A stretch of 64,000 nt of DNA, from the UHGV virus genome UHGV-1352483; one strand, given 5' to 3'. The stretch is from a virus. Positions 30,329-39,724 of the stretch are shown here, piece by piece. The translations under genes and the position numbers were made by a program. Below the pieces are notes generated by a model. The model was not told the origin of the DNA. It did not search any database and was given only the letters and a program-made list of their open reading frames with translations. Each line of letters starts with the position of its first letter. Positions within the stretch are counted from its first letter, which is position 1.

Positions 30329-31843
30329 TTAAGCTGCAAGAACAGCTGGTATAATCGACATTGTTCTTGTTGGGTCTAAGACACAAATACCAAGAGTTGC
30401 CATTCTATGGATAACAGCAGAATCTTCATCGAAGGACATATAAGGATTACCCTTCTGCCCAGTGAACGGATTCCTAAGTCCCCATTGATAACCTCTGTAT
30501 TCATTATCTCCCTTAATTTTACATTTGAAGATATTCGGTTGGTCCATAGTACCAATGTACATGATATCATATCTGTAAGACATAGCTACACCTCCATTAG
30601 GATGCATAATCTTGTTTCTTACTGGGTCGTCATAGAATGGGTCAACATCCACTTTAACTCTTACACCATTAGGTGCTTTAAACTCTACAAACTGATAACC
30701 AGCAGAAAGAGCATTTGAGTGTAACTTGGATTGAGTCTTTTCTACAACTCCAAGAGAACTATTATCAAGAACGAACTGAGTCCAGCCTGATACTACATCA
30801 AGAACAGCTTTATGGAATTGAATAGCTCCCATTTCACCTGTCTTAAGTAAGAAGTATCTGTCACCAAAATCTAACTTAGCAGCAGAAAGTTGATACAATG
30901 CATCTTCAATCAATTTCAAAGAGAACTTATTGTAGTACATAGTATTGGATACTTCCATTTGTTCAAATAAACCCGCACCAGTCTTAATTACATTACCTGA
31001 TTTACCAAAGTTCATGTATTCACCATTAGCATTCCTGTTGGAAGTACCAAAGGCCATTACATTGTTCTTATATTCTGAGAATTGAGCTTCAACTTCAAAG
31101 TCTACATTGTGCATCCACATGGTAGCTACTGACTTAACAAGTTTACCACTTTCAGTTGGTTTCGTAATAGGAACACCAACAGCAAGTTTCTTATTAAGCA
31201 TACTACCTGTAACCTTATGCTGAATTCTAACTACAGACCATTCATTCCTCATAGAAACTGGAGAAGTAAATCTTACATCACCAACTTTCCTTGAAAGTTC
31301 TTTTTCTACAGGAGCAAAGTCAATAGAGAATCTCTCTCCTCTTAACAGTCTTTCAGCAGGACAGCCAGTAGTATTACCACCCATCAATTCTACTTTATAA
31401 ACTGCATTGGTTCCTTCCATTCTAGGGTCTCCTAAGATTCTGAAAGGATATACCTGATTCAAGTGACCTACAATAACTTCACCGTCTGCAAACCAATCTT
31501 CTCCAAATACAAGATAGAATGGAGCAGTACCTACACCAACATTGCCTGATGCTTCTGTAACTACAGTTCCGTTTTCGTCTCTGGCTTCAACAAGAGGAAT
31601 ATTCCTTCTTGAGCTGCCGATTACATCCCAATAATATTCATTATCATCCTCAAATTCTCTTGTAGGGAATTGATTCAGGAATGTATCTAATGTTTTTCCT
31701 CTATAAAAAGCCAGCAACTGTACCATAAGGTTTGTAGCCTTCTGGGGAGCAAGCTGGAAAATAGAGCCTAAGTGATTCTCTTTGGTCAGACCCTTCCAGT
31801 GTTGGAAGCCTACCATTTGAAATTTACCTAATTTACCTGCCAT
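30329..31843 (-). CDS. Major capsid protein (crAss-like HK97-fold MCP).
   Basis: 504 aa, the size typical of Crassvirales MCPs. It is followed by a very strong terminator and preceded by an acidic scaffold-like gene. It lies between the portal/TerL side and the tail/cargo side of the late block. The call rests on size and context, not on a domain match. Confidence 0.6.
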   Translation of the reverse strand: MAGKLGKFQMVGFQHWKGLTKENHLGSIFQLAPQKATNLMVQLLAFYRGKTLDTFLNQFPTREFEDDNEYYWDVIGSSRRNIPLVEARDENGTVVTEASGNVGVGTAPFYLVFGEDWFADGEVIVGHLNQVYPFRILGDPRMEGTNAVYKVELMGGNTTGCPAERLLRGERFSIDFAPVEKELSRKVGDVRFTSPVSMRNEWSVVRIQHKVTGSMLNKKLAVGVPITKPTESGKLVKSVATMWMHNVDFEVEAQFSEYKNNVMAFGTSNRNANGEYMNFGKSGNVIKTGAGLFEQMEVSNTMYYNKFSLKLIEDALYQLSAAKLDFGDRYFLLKTGEMGAIQFHKAVLDVVSGWTQFVLDNSSLGVVEKTQSKLHSNALSAGYQFVEFKAPNGVRVKVDVDPFYDDPVRNKIMHPNGGVAMSYRYDIMYIGTMDQPNIFKCKIKGDNEYRGYQWGLRNPFTGQKGNPYMSFDEDSAVIHRMATLGICVLDPTRTMSIIPAVLAA

Positions 31844-31874
31844 AATTGTCTTTATTTATCAATTAAAATATGTT

Positions 31875-33029
31875 TTATACATCTATACTATAACCCATAT
31901 TTATGAATGATTCAGGGTCTTCCTGTACTCCACTGGCAAATTTAAGGTTTCCGTCAGAAGTTCTTGAGGTATTATTAAGAGTATGTTCCAACTCTTTCAA
32001 ACGACTCTTTACTTCCTTTTTGACTTTACCACCTACGAGAGTATCCAATGTTTTAAATCCATCAGTCAATGTGAAGATTAATCCCAGTTTCTTCATAAAT
32101 TCAACCCTGTTGTCCATCTCATACTTCTGGATAGCTGTATAATACTCTCCAGTTTCAGGGTCTTTATAAACAGGTTTACTTATGGTGTCATATATTCTCT
32201 GACGGGTACTCCTATCAAGTTGTATTCCATCAAAGATTTTTTCATCACCAAGTAAAGACTTCTTTAAGTCCTCAGCCTGTTTCTTTCTTTCTTTTATCTC
32301 TTCTGCTTCAGCTTGTTTAGCTTCATCAATCATACCTTTGTACTTTTGATTGAAGTAATCTCTGTTGCTTTCCAAAGCTTCTTTTGCATCCTCAATATCA
32401 GTACCAGCATTAAAGGATTTCTCAACTTCTCTTTGAGCCCTTTCCTTACTGTATCCTCTGTTAACAAAGTCCTGATAAATCAGTTGTTTTCTTAAGGTTT
32501 CCCCCTTCTCGGTTTCATCTGAAATAACATCATCCTTGATAGAATCCAAGTAAGATAAAGTATTCTCATACTTCCTTATTTCACTTACTTCGATATCAGC
32601 ATTCAAGGCTTCATCAATCCTTTTCTGTCTTTCATCAAGTCTGGATTGAATTGTTTTTTCAATAGTCTCTGCAAATTCCTCGGGTGTTTTAACCTTACTT
32701 GCAGTTTCATCATCAAGGTCTGGGAAGATACCTTCTTCTATTAAGGCTTTGGTTATGGAAGAGTAGAAGTTTTCTTTGGGAGAAGTACCATCATCTTTTA
32801 TAGAATTGGTATCTTCCTTTGTTTCCTTGTTTTTATCTTCTTCACTACCTACGCTCTCTGGTTCTTCTGTAAATAAATCTTCTGGATTTATGTCTTCAAC
32901 CTCAGTAGTTGGTTTATCTTTATCTGTTTCTTTCTCAGGAACAGTATCCTGTGTTTCTGCTTCTTCTGTAAACAGGTTTTCTATTGCATCTGAGTCCAGA
33001 ATGTTTTCTAATTCTAAAGAATTCTCCAT
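31875..33029 (-). CDS. Acidic coiled-coil protein (384 aa). Candidate scaffolding or head-decoration protein.
   Basis: Highly acidic N-terminal half (EEAETQDT...EEPESVGSEEDKNKE) and a K/E-rich helical middle. It sits immediately upstream of the MCP. Confidence 0.6.
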   Translation of the reverse strand: MENSLELENILDSDAIENLFTEEAETQDTVPEKETDKDKPTTEVEDINPEDLFTEEPESVGSEEDKNKETKEDTNSIKDDGTSPKENFYSSITKALIEEGIFPDLDDETASKVKTPEEFAETIEKTIQSRLDERQKRIDEALNADIEVSEIRKYENTLSYLDSIKDDVISDETEKGETLRKQLIYQDFVNRGYSKERAQREVEKSFNAGTDIEDAKEALESNRDYFNQKYKGMIDEAKQAEAEEIKERKKQAEDLKKSLLGDEKIFDGIQLDRSTRQRIYDTISKPVYKDPETGEYYTAIQKYEMDNRVEFMKKLGLIFTLTDGFKTLDTLVGGKVKKEVKSRLKELEHTLNNTSRTSDGNLKFASGVQEDPESFINMGYSIDV

Positions 33030-33145
33030 ATATTTCTTCTCCTACTTTTTAAATTCTTTTGCAAATATACTTAGAAAACTGATAGCCTACAACATGATAA
33101 ATAAGACAGTTATTATGCTGTAATAAGATTAGTTAGTTTCTATAT

Positions 33146-33180
33146 AAAAAGAGAGGGTGTAGAATATTAACTACACCCTC
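33146..33180 (-). terminator. Rho-independent terminator.
   Basis: Perfect 10-bp stem GAGGGTGTAG / CTACACCCTC with loop AATATTAA, then a T-run in minus sense. Confidence 0.75.
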
Positions 33181-33187
33181 AGTTATA

Positions 33188-33877
33188 TTATTCCTCGTTA
33201 AAGTATTCCCATAATTTATTGCCCTTGTAATCAACATCCTTGAACCAGAATACTATAGCTGCTTCTATAATCTTTTGGTCGATATTGTCACCGAACCATG
33301 TTTTAAATAGTTCACAATAATCATGGTATTGAGCATTAATTGCTACATATACATCTACATGAGTAACATTGCTTGGAATAACTCCCCTGTATCTTTCACA
33401 GATTTCTTTGGCTTTATACATATCATATTTTTCACCTACATACTTTCTGCCACTTTCTGTATGATACATTTCTGATACAATGAACCTTGCATAGGATTCA
33501 GTAAAATGTTCTGATTCCTCATTCTGTGATTTACTGAATGACTTCATCAGCTTATGCTTGTCTTCTTCACTCATTCTTGAGAGTTTGTCCAGCATGTATT
33601 CCATCTCTTTCTTACTTCCTCTACCTGATTCCAGGAATATCTCCTCAAATTCTTCAGGAGAATTATGTCTCCTTCTGCGCATTCTTTCCAATAGTTCAAG
33701 GTCTTCTTCATCAAGGTAACTTCCTCTATGATTACGGCTGGAACTTCCACCCATTTGACCTCCTCCCCTATTATATCTTTCAGTCATGAATTCCTTGAAT
33801 TTACCCTCAAACTCTTTGTCATTCATGCCCTCTATACCTTTCTTCTTAAGATATTCCCTTAATAAAATTTCGTCCAT
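33188..33877 (-). CDS. Hypothetical protein (229 aa).
   Basis: ORF with a terminator downstream. Confidence 0.7.
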   Translation of the reverse strand: MDEILLREYLKKKGIEGMNDKEFEGKFKEFMTERYNRGGGQMGGSSSRNHRGSYLDEEDLELLERMRRRRHNSPEEFEEIFLESGRGSKKEMEYMLDKLSRMSEEDKHKLMKSFSKSQNEESEHFTESYARFIVSEMYHTESGRKYVGEKYDMYKAKEICERYRGVIPSNVTHVDVYVAINAQYHDYCELFKTWFGDNIDQKIIEAAIVFWFKDVDYKGNKLWEYFNEE

Positions 33878-33884
33878 ATATAAT

Positions 33885-34262
33885 TTATTTAGAAGTTAAT
33901 ATTTCTCTAAAACTCTCTAAGTCTTCTTGATTAAACACTAATCTCTTATCAGTTAAAGGAACATTCATTTTAATCATTCCCCCTCCTATCTCAATATCTC
34001 CAATAAACTTTGTCTTAAAGGTAAAAGGTTCAGTCGATATAAGGCTTTCCATCATTTCAGATAGTATGACATCTATATCTATATTACCATCCTTGTCTGA
34101 TATTAAGTCCAAGGTCTTTGTAATCTTACTAAAATTCTTGTCCATAGCCCTTGTTATAAGAGGCTTGATAAAGCTTATCATAGGATTGGTTTTAGCCATA
34201 GACTCTATCTGAGTTACTAAATATGACCTTAATTTATCAGTTAATTCAAGTGTAGTTACCAT
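33885..34262 (-). CDS. Hypothetical protein (125 aa).
   Basis: ORF. Confidence 0.6.
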   Translation of the reverse strand: MVTTLELTDKLRSYLVTQIESMAKTNPMISFIKPLITRAMDKNFSKITKTLDLISDKDGNIDIDVILSEMMESLISTEPFTFKTKFIGDIEIGGGMIKMNVPLTDKRLVFNQEDLESFREILTSK

Positions 34263-34264
34263 AA

Positions 34265-34768
34265 TTACATTCCATCTTTAATAAATTCCTCATAAGTAAC
34301 ATTCGGGTGAGTCTTACTAAACTCCCTGAATCTCCTAAACATTTCCATCTCCCTGTTTGATTCTTCAATTATCTTTCCCTTTAATCTCTTAACGGTCTTT
34401 AATTGATTGGTTAACAGTTCCTTCCCCTCTGGAGTTGCCTCTATTCTTCCCTTAACCAGACTTAGTATTTCAGCATTAACCAGTTCCTGTAACTTAGTAT
34501 ATGTTTCTACATATCCTTCATCCTGGAACAGTCTGCTTTTCTGTTCATCTGTCATAGGTGATATTTCAGAATCAATCTCATCCCAGATTAATTTCTGAGG
34601 TACTGGGGGCTGTTGCTGGGGAGCTTGTTGAACTTGCCTTTGTCTTGCACTCTCTAAAAGCTGTTTCTGCTTATCAAGAAATTGCAACTGTTCCTCAATA
34701 CTTGTGCCTATTGTAGTACCTAATAGTGGGTCTCCACCTCCTAATATTACTTGATTCACTGGTAGCAT
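34265..34768 (-). CDS. Hypothetical protein (167 aa) with a Q/P-rich linker.
   Basis: ORF. Confidence 0.65.
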   Translation of the reverse strand: MLPVNQVILGGGDPLLGTTIGTSIEEQLQFLDKQKQLLESARQRQVQQAPQQQPPVPQKLIWDEIDSEISPMTDEQKSRLFQDEGYVETYTKLQELVNAEILSLVKGRIEATPEGKELLTNQLKTVKRLKGKIIEESNREMEMFRRFREFSKTHPNVTYEEFIKDGM

Positions 34769-34820
34769 ATTAATAAAATTAGTATTTAAAAAAGTCAGGG
34801 GGATTATACCCCCTTATAAC

Positions 34821-35540
34821 TTATTGAGCAGGAGTATCTCCACTGCTTGCTGTTCTGCCATAATAGGCTCCACAAGCACATGGTGAACCCATATAACCCG
34901 TTATAGTTGGACTATCAGGAAGGCAAAGAACTCCCTTGATATTCTTGCAATCAAGCTTATCTACATAGTTAATGATTCTCTCATCATTAAATGCAGCAGC
35001 AGTCTTAGCAGCAGCAATCTCACATTGGATTAACTTATCCTGATAAGGTCTGATAGCAGCATTAATGGCTACCTGAGCTTTCAAATCAGCTAATTCCTTT
35101 AAGATACTGTCGTCTCCGTCCCTTTGAGATTTATACAAGTTGAAAGCATCTTGATTCTGCTTTGCACTTAATATATCAAACCCGTCTCTTGTTGATTTAT
35201 ACAAACCAAAGTCTGCATCAATCTGAGATTTATATACACCAAATAACTCTTGGTCTAAGGTTTGCCTATCCTGGAATCTCTGGTTCTGTTGGGTCAAAGC
35301 CCAATTATAAAGACCACCTTGTAAAGCAAGAGTATCCTCACATCCTTTTTCCCAAGCTTGGAATGCAGTAGGAGCATTTACACCATTGGAATATCCTTCA
35401 ATACCATTCACATTGATATTGGTAGAACCTCCACCAGTTAATCCCCCACCAATGCCTCCTAAACCAGCTCTTCTTGTACCAAATAAAGCCCAAGCACCTA
35501 ATGCAGTACCTATTATCATTATCTTCATATAGGCTTGCAA
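34821..35540 (-). CDS. Secreted or membrane-anchored repeat protein (239 aa).
   Basis: N-terminal hydrophobic segment and a Gly-rich tract. It has internal repeats (GVYKSQIDADFGLYKSTRDGFD / NLYKSQRDGDD) and a Cys-rich C-terminus. Confidence 0.65.
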   Translation of the reverse strand: MQAYMKIMIIGTALGAWALFGTRRAGLGGIGGGLTGGGSTNINVNGIEGYSNGVNAPTAFQAWEKGCEDTLALQGGLYNWALTQQNQRFQDRQTLDQELFGVYKSQIDADFGLYKSTRDGFDILSAKQNQDAFNLYKSQRDGDDSILKELADLKAQVAINAAIRPYQDKLIQCEIAAAKTAAAFNDERIINYVDKLDCKNIKGVLCLPDSPTITGYMGSPCACGAYYGRTASSGDTPAQ

Positions 35541-35576
35541 GACCTATACAGTTCTCTTATGAACTTCTTTATATTA

Positions 35577-36293
35577 CTATAAAGTTGAGACTATATCTTC
35601 ACCTATATTATTATAGGGTTCCCCATTTCCATTACCATCAGCTTGTAATGTACTCTCTTTCGAGATAGTCGTTGAACTTTCCTTATACTTCCATTTATAC
35701 CCTAATGCAGTTCTATAATGTCTTCCTGATGGGGATACATACCCCCTGCACACTTTTACTATTTCTGAGTTAGCTCTTGGCTTTCCAAAACTCTTTCCAG
35801 CCTCTAGAGCAGAAGAGTATTCAGCTAATTCTTCATCAGTTAAAGGGTCTAACTTAATGACAGGTTTACTATTAGCTTCCTGTATAAGTTTCTTAGTTTC
35901 TTCAGTGTGTCTTCTTCCTTTAAAAGGATTATCAGTCAACATTCTAATTCTGCATTTTTCTACTTGTTCAGGAGTCAGATGATAACCAGGAGAGCCTTCC
36001 CCTCCAAGGGACATATTATATCCCTTCTTAAAAGAGTTATATAATCCTATATAATAAGTTTCTAAAACATTCAAAGCTTGGGAAGCCTCTTCTATACTAG
36101 AATACTCATGTTTTTCAAGAATCTCATATTTGAAATTCCTAGGTCCATACTTCTTTCTGGCATTATCTATCTTATATCCTGCATACTTTTCTCTTGTAAG
36201 AAAAGCATGTTTCCGTTCATATTCATTAACGGTCTGTCCTATATAAACTTTGTTACTTGGACTGGTGTACTTATAAACTATTCCTATAATCAT
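35577..36293 (-). mobile_element. Free-standing GIY-YIG homing endonuclease gene (I-TevI/Seg-like).
   Basis: The N-terminus MIIGIVYKYTSPSNKVYIGQT matches the GIY-(10-11)-YIG motif. A downstream NUMOD3-like motif (GRRHTEETKKLIQEANS) is present. It interrupts the structural gene block and has its own upstream non-coding region. Confidence 0.75.
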
Positions 36294-36430
36294 ATTATAT
36301 AATTTTAAAGTACAAAGGTATTGAATATTATTGGAACATACAATGGTATAATTGGAACATTAAGGCTTAGCTGCTGATTGTCCTCATATGAGGAGTTTCC
36401 AGCAATTAAGGGAATTTATACTGAGCATAA

Positions 36431-36565
36431 TTATAGTTTACCCAGTGTCAAACCAGCATTAGCTTTACCATTGATGTCTCTTCTGTTGTTATAACCGTTA
36501 CCATATCTTTCACAGTATTCAGCAGCAGGAATCTCTTTTACTTTTTCCTTTTCAATAATTTCCAT
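36431..36565 (-). CDS. Possible small ORF (44 aa) upstream of the HEG.
   Basis: Encodes MEIIEKEKVKEIPAAEYCERYGNGYNNRRDINGKANAGLTLGKL. It is below the ORF-track cutoff and is supported only by an intact frame in an otherwise non-coding 450-bp region. Confidence 0.25.
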   Translation of the reverse strand: MEIIEKEKVKEIPAAEYCERYGNGYNNRRDINGKANAGLTLGKL

Positions 36566-36747
36566 AATAGCAATTTTGAAATTAATTTAATCATTTTATT
36601 CTCTCTGTAAGCTTACAAAGAACAAAGTTATATAAGATTCCATTATATACCAATTGCTACTTAAAAGCCCCATAACTATTTAAGTTACAGGGCTTTAATT
36701 TAGCAGTATCTTACTAGGGTACTTTATGTATAAAAAAAAAAGCAGCC

Positions 36748-37098
36748 CTATTGAGCTGCTCTATCATGTTTATCAAATACTTCTCTGATTTTCTTATAAA
36801 TATAACCTATTAAATAGGCATCTACTTCATCATTGTCTGCTTGAGGTTCATACCCTATATAGTCCCATAAGAAGTTCTTTACATGCTCTGCCTCATGTAC
36901 TATACTGTTTTCTCCTTTAACTGATGAGATTCCTACAATAGCATTACCATGTTCAAGGTCAGCTAATGTAGTTCCAGGAACACCGTTCCCTTTAAATATG
37001 TGATTTACTTCCTCCCATTTATCAAAGATTATAACTGTTAACTTATAATCGAATATAGGGATATTCATCCTCTTTTGTGTTATCATATTACCATACAA
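36748..37098 (-). CDS. Small HExxH zinc-metallopeptidase-like protein (116 aa).
   Basis: Contains VHEAEHV (HExxH) with a glutamate about 17 residues downstream, a gluzincin-like spacing. The terminator hairpin GCAGC-N8-GCTGC plus T10 overlaps its 3' end. Confidence 0.55.
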   Translation of the reverse strand: MYGNMITQKRMNIPIFDYKLTVIIFDKWEEVNHIFKGNGVPGTTLADLEHGNAIVGISSVKGENSIVHEAEHVKNFLWDYIGYEPQADNDEVDAYLIGYIYKKIREVFDKHDRAAQ

Positions 37099-37723
37099 AT
37101 GTACTTAATGGAGTTTCATACAAATCTAAGCTATCATTCCTTTTTGTAGCTGTTGCAATTCTATCATTCTGCACTTTTAACTGGACTTTGCTCTTGCTAA
37201 CTAAGTTATTTTTAAGAGTCTTAAGAAGCTTTTCTTCTTCAGTATTTAGCCTAGATTCCAGTTCTATAGTATCATCATATGCTGATACCATTAGCATAGC
37301 ATTACCCGCAGCTTCATAAAGATTATTTGTTAAAAGACCCTGAGCCTTAATAGTATCATTCCATTGTTTTCTATTAACATGAAAAGTAGCAGAATTAAGG
37401 TCATAGTACAATCCTTTATATACTTTCTTAAATTCTACTGTATCAATCATATATTGGATGGGTATTGTATTGTTTAGCGCTGAATAACGGTAAGTGTCAT
37501 ACTTGCCTGCTGTGCTAGAAGGTACTTGGTAATCGTATGTAAGTTGGGCTCCTTTATATCTTTCTATAAACTTTCCGTGTCTATATATTGCAAAAACTAT
37601 TGGGTCTTTAGAAAGGAAATATTCCATATACATTCCAATATTATCACATATATACTCATAGAATTCTTCACCTGTCATTCGTTTAACTACAGAGCTATTA
37701 TCTTGAGCCCCCCCCCCCGTCAA
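37088..37723 (-). CDS. Hypothetical protein (211 aa) with an uncertain start.
   Basis: The ORF-track start is a TTG followed by a GGG-GGG-GGG read through a C11 homopolymer (37708-37718). An internal ATG at residue 16 (MTGEEFYEY) is a likely alternative start. Confidence 0.6.
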   Translation of the reverse strand: MTGGGAQDNSSVVKRMTGEEFYEYICDNIGMYMEYFLSKDPIVFAIYRHGKFIERYKGAQLTYDYQVPSSTAGKYDTYRYSALNNTIPIQYMIDTVEFKKVYKGLYYDLNSATFHVNRKQWNDTIKAQGLLTNNLYEAAGNAMLMVSAYDDTIELESRLNTEEEKLLKTLKNNLVSKSKVQLKVQNDRIATATKRNDSLDLYETPLSTFVW

Positions 37724-37773
37724 CAGACCTTACAGCTAGTGCAGGTTTTATGGGCATATTCCTTGAAACATAT

Positions 37774-38112
37774 TCAGTTGTTCTTTTTATTCGTGGCATT
37801 TTGTTTCTTCATTTTAGTTATAAATAAATCTAAATCTTTCTTTGCGAAACTAAGTTCTTTGAAACCTGCTACTTTTAAACCTTTAGGAATCTTACCCATC
37901 CTTACATAGTTGTCAAATGTTGCTCTACTGACATTCAAATATCTACAGGCTGCATATTTGCTTAACCTGACTTCTTTATCAGTAAATGCTCTTAAGGTTT
38001 CAGCTAACTTGATAGCATCGTCTTCTGTTATATTAGAATTACCAGCATCAATATCCTTGATAATCTTTGCCAAGTAATCCCTTATTACTTTAATCATTCC
38101 TTCTCCCTCCAT
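37774..38112 (-). CDS. Helix-turn-helix DNA-binding protein (excisionase/AlpA-MerR-like HTH).
   Basis: LSKYAACRYLNVSRATFDNYVRMGKIP is a classic HTH_17/excisionase-type signature. Confidence 0.6.
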   Translation of the reverse strand: MEGEGMIKVIRDYLAKIIKDIDAGNSNITEDDAIKLAETLRAFTDKEVRLSKYAACRYLNVSRATFDNYVRMGKIPKGLKVAGFKELSFAKKDLDLFITKMKKQNATNKKNN

Positions 38113-38467
38113 ACTTTTGATGATAATACAATATAAGAAATAGGAAAACAGCAGCTAAGATTAAATACAATAGCAAAATGAGGAAATCACTCAGTGGAAT
38201 ATTAAAATAATAATCTATGGCATTCACTATAATGTTTACCACTATATAATGAATAAACATTTTATGATATTTACAAAATTTGTAAACCTTAGAACTATTA
38301 TACATATGACCAACTGTTAATACAGAAGTACCAAATACATAGTTGAAGAAGTCTACATAAATATCAAAGTAACTTAAGATATTATTTATTAATATTGCCA
38401 ATGAAATCAACATTGGACTGTATTTAACATATAATAATTTTAGCTTGTAATCCAGCTTCCTACTCAT
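38090..38467 (-). CDS. Multi-pass membrane protein (125 aa). Holin-like candidate.
   Basis: Three to four hydrophobic helices and a charged C-terminus (GGRRND). Confidence 0.55.
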   Translation of the reverse strand: MSRKLDYKLKLLYVKYSPMLISLAILINNILSYFDIYVDFFNYVFGTSVLTVGHMYNSSKVYKFCKYHKMFIHYIVVNIIVNAIDYYFNIPLSDFLILLLYLILAAVFLFLILYYHQKYGGRRND

Positions 38468-38542
38468 TATTTTTTCTTTCGTCTCTTCTTAGAAGCAGCT
38501 CCTGCTGGGGCTATCATTGGTTTAGCTCTTCCCATATATTCT

Positions 38543-38842
38543 TTATTTAGTTAAATTATTCAAATCTATAAACCATCTGGTATTCTTAGTTAAGAAGTCA
38601 GTCATTTTAACAAAATTTGAATAGTCATGTAATTCATATATAGTAGAATCAGGATTACACATTACAAGAGATATAAGTCTCCAAGTTCCATTGATAAGAG
38701 CTAAGAGGAAGTACATATTCTTAATATTTGATTGGATGTATACGTCTTGGCTTCTTATAAATGAATCAAAGTCCTCTTTTGTAAATGGCTTCTTTCCTGT
38801 CCCACTCTCTGTTTTACCTATATTAAAGTATAAGTAATCCAC
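38543..38842 (-). CDS. Hypothetical protein (99 aa).
   Basis: ORF. Confidence 0.5.
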   Translation of the reverse strand: MDYLYFNIGKTESGTGKKPFTKEDFDSFIRSQDVYIQSNIKNMYFLLALINGTWRLISLVMCNPDSTIYELHDYSNFVKMTDFLTKNTRWFIDLNNLTK

Positions 38843-38937
38843 TATATTACATTTCCAAACAGCATTACTGTTTGTAGGAGGGAATCTCCCTTCAACTACC
38901 GGTCTACCAAAGTAGTATCCTATTTTTTTTTTGTTCG

Positions 38938-39405
38938 TCAGGCATGAGTTATTTCAATAATTAGTTTCTCACCTTTACCCTTTGCTGCTTCCATCAGCTT
39001 ATATAGTTTCTGAAAAGTAGCTGTACTTTCTACAACCTGTCCTTTAACTTTATTGAATCCAGGGAGCAGGCAACCATCAGTATCCTCAGGCTTATTTCCT
39101 ACATGAATTAATACTCCTTCATACCCTGGGACATTAAGTAATCTTGGTAACTTCCCATTGCAGAACTTAGCCCAGCTTCTATCTTTGAACTTAGGGGATA
39201 CAACATCCATTGTTATCTCGTAAGAGCCTGTTGGTATAGCAGTCTGTCCTCTAACCTTAATCTTCTGAATTTCAGAAAGAGGCATCTTTGAATCCAGTCC
39301 TCTATCCTTATCTTCAAGGATGTTACAAAAGAACAAACCATCAACAAGTAAATTGCTGATGGTGTACTGTTCTTTCTGAAATTTACGTATTACTTGTAAT
39401 TTCAT
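38938..39405 (-). CDS. Hypothetical 155-aa protein with a His...Cys motif. Candidate cell-wall-active enzyme or endolysin.
   Basis: Contains GVLIHVGNKPEDTDGCLLPG. The His-(10)-TDGC arrangement resembles the catalytic HG...(S/T)xGC of YkuD/L,D-transpeptidase-like folds. It is flanked by membrane-protein genes. Confidence 0.45.
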   Translation of the reverse strand: MKLQVIRKFQKEQYTISNLLVDGLFFCNILEDKDRGLDSKMPLSEIQKIKVRGQTAIPTGSYEITMDVVSPKFKDRSWAKFCNGKLPRLLNVPGYEGVLIHVGNKPEDTDGCLLPGFNKVKGQVVESTATFQKLYKLMEAAKGKGEKLIIEITHA

Positions 39406-39724
39406 CTTATTAATTTGGTGTAGTATGAATATTCTAAAAATAGTGGGAAGAATGAAGAGCGTTACACTAACTTAACCGTCCAATCTATAAACTCATCAAA
39501 CTTTACCCACGATGCAAAGATACATACTATATCTTAAGTATGCAAGTAAGTAAATAGAATAGTTATTCCTAATAACTAAATCCTTTTGATTACTACATTC
39601 CTACGAAATGTTTCCCAAGTTACAGAGGAGCCCGCTAACATAAGACTCTTAACCAAATATCTCCTAATTGGTTCAGTACCATTATTTATCCTAGAAGCCA
39701 ATATATTAGTATCTATAACATTTA

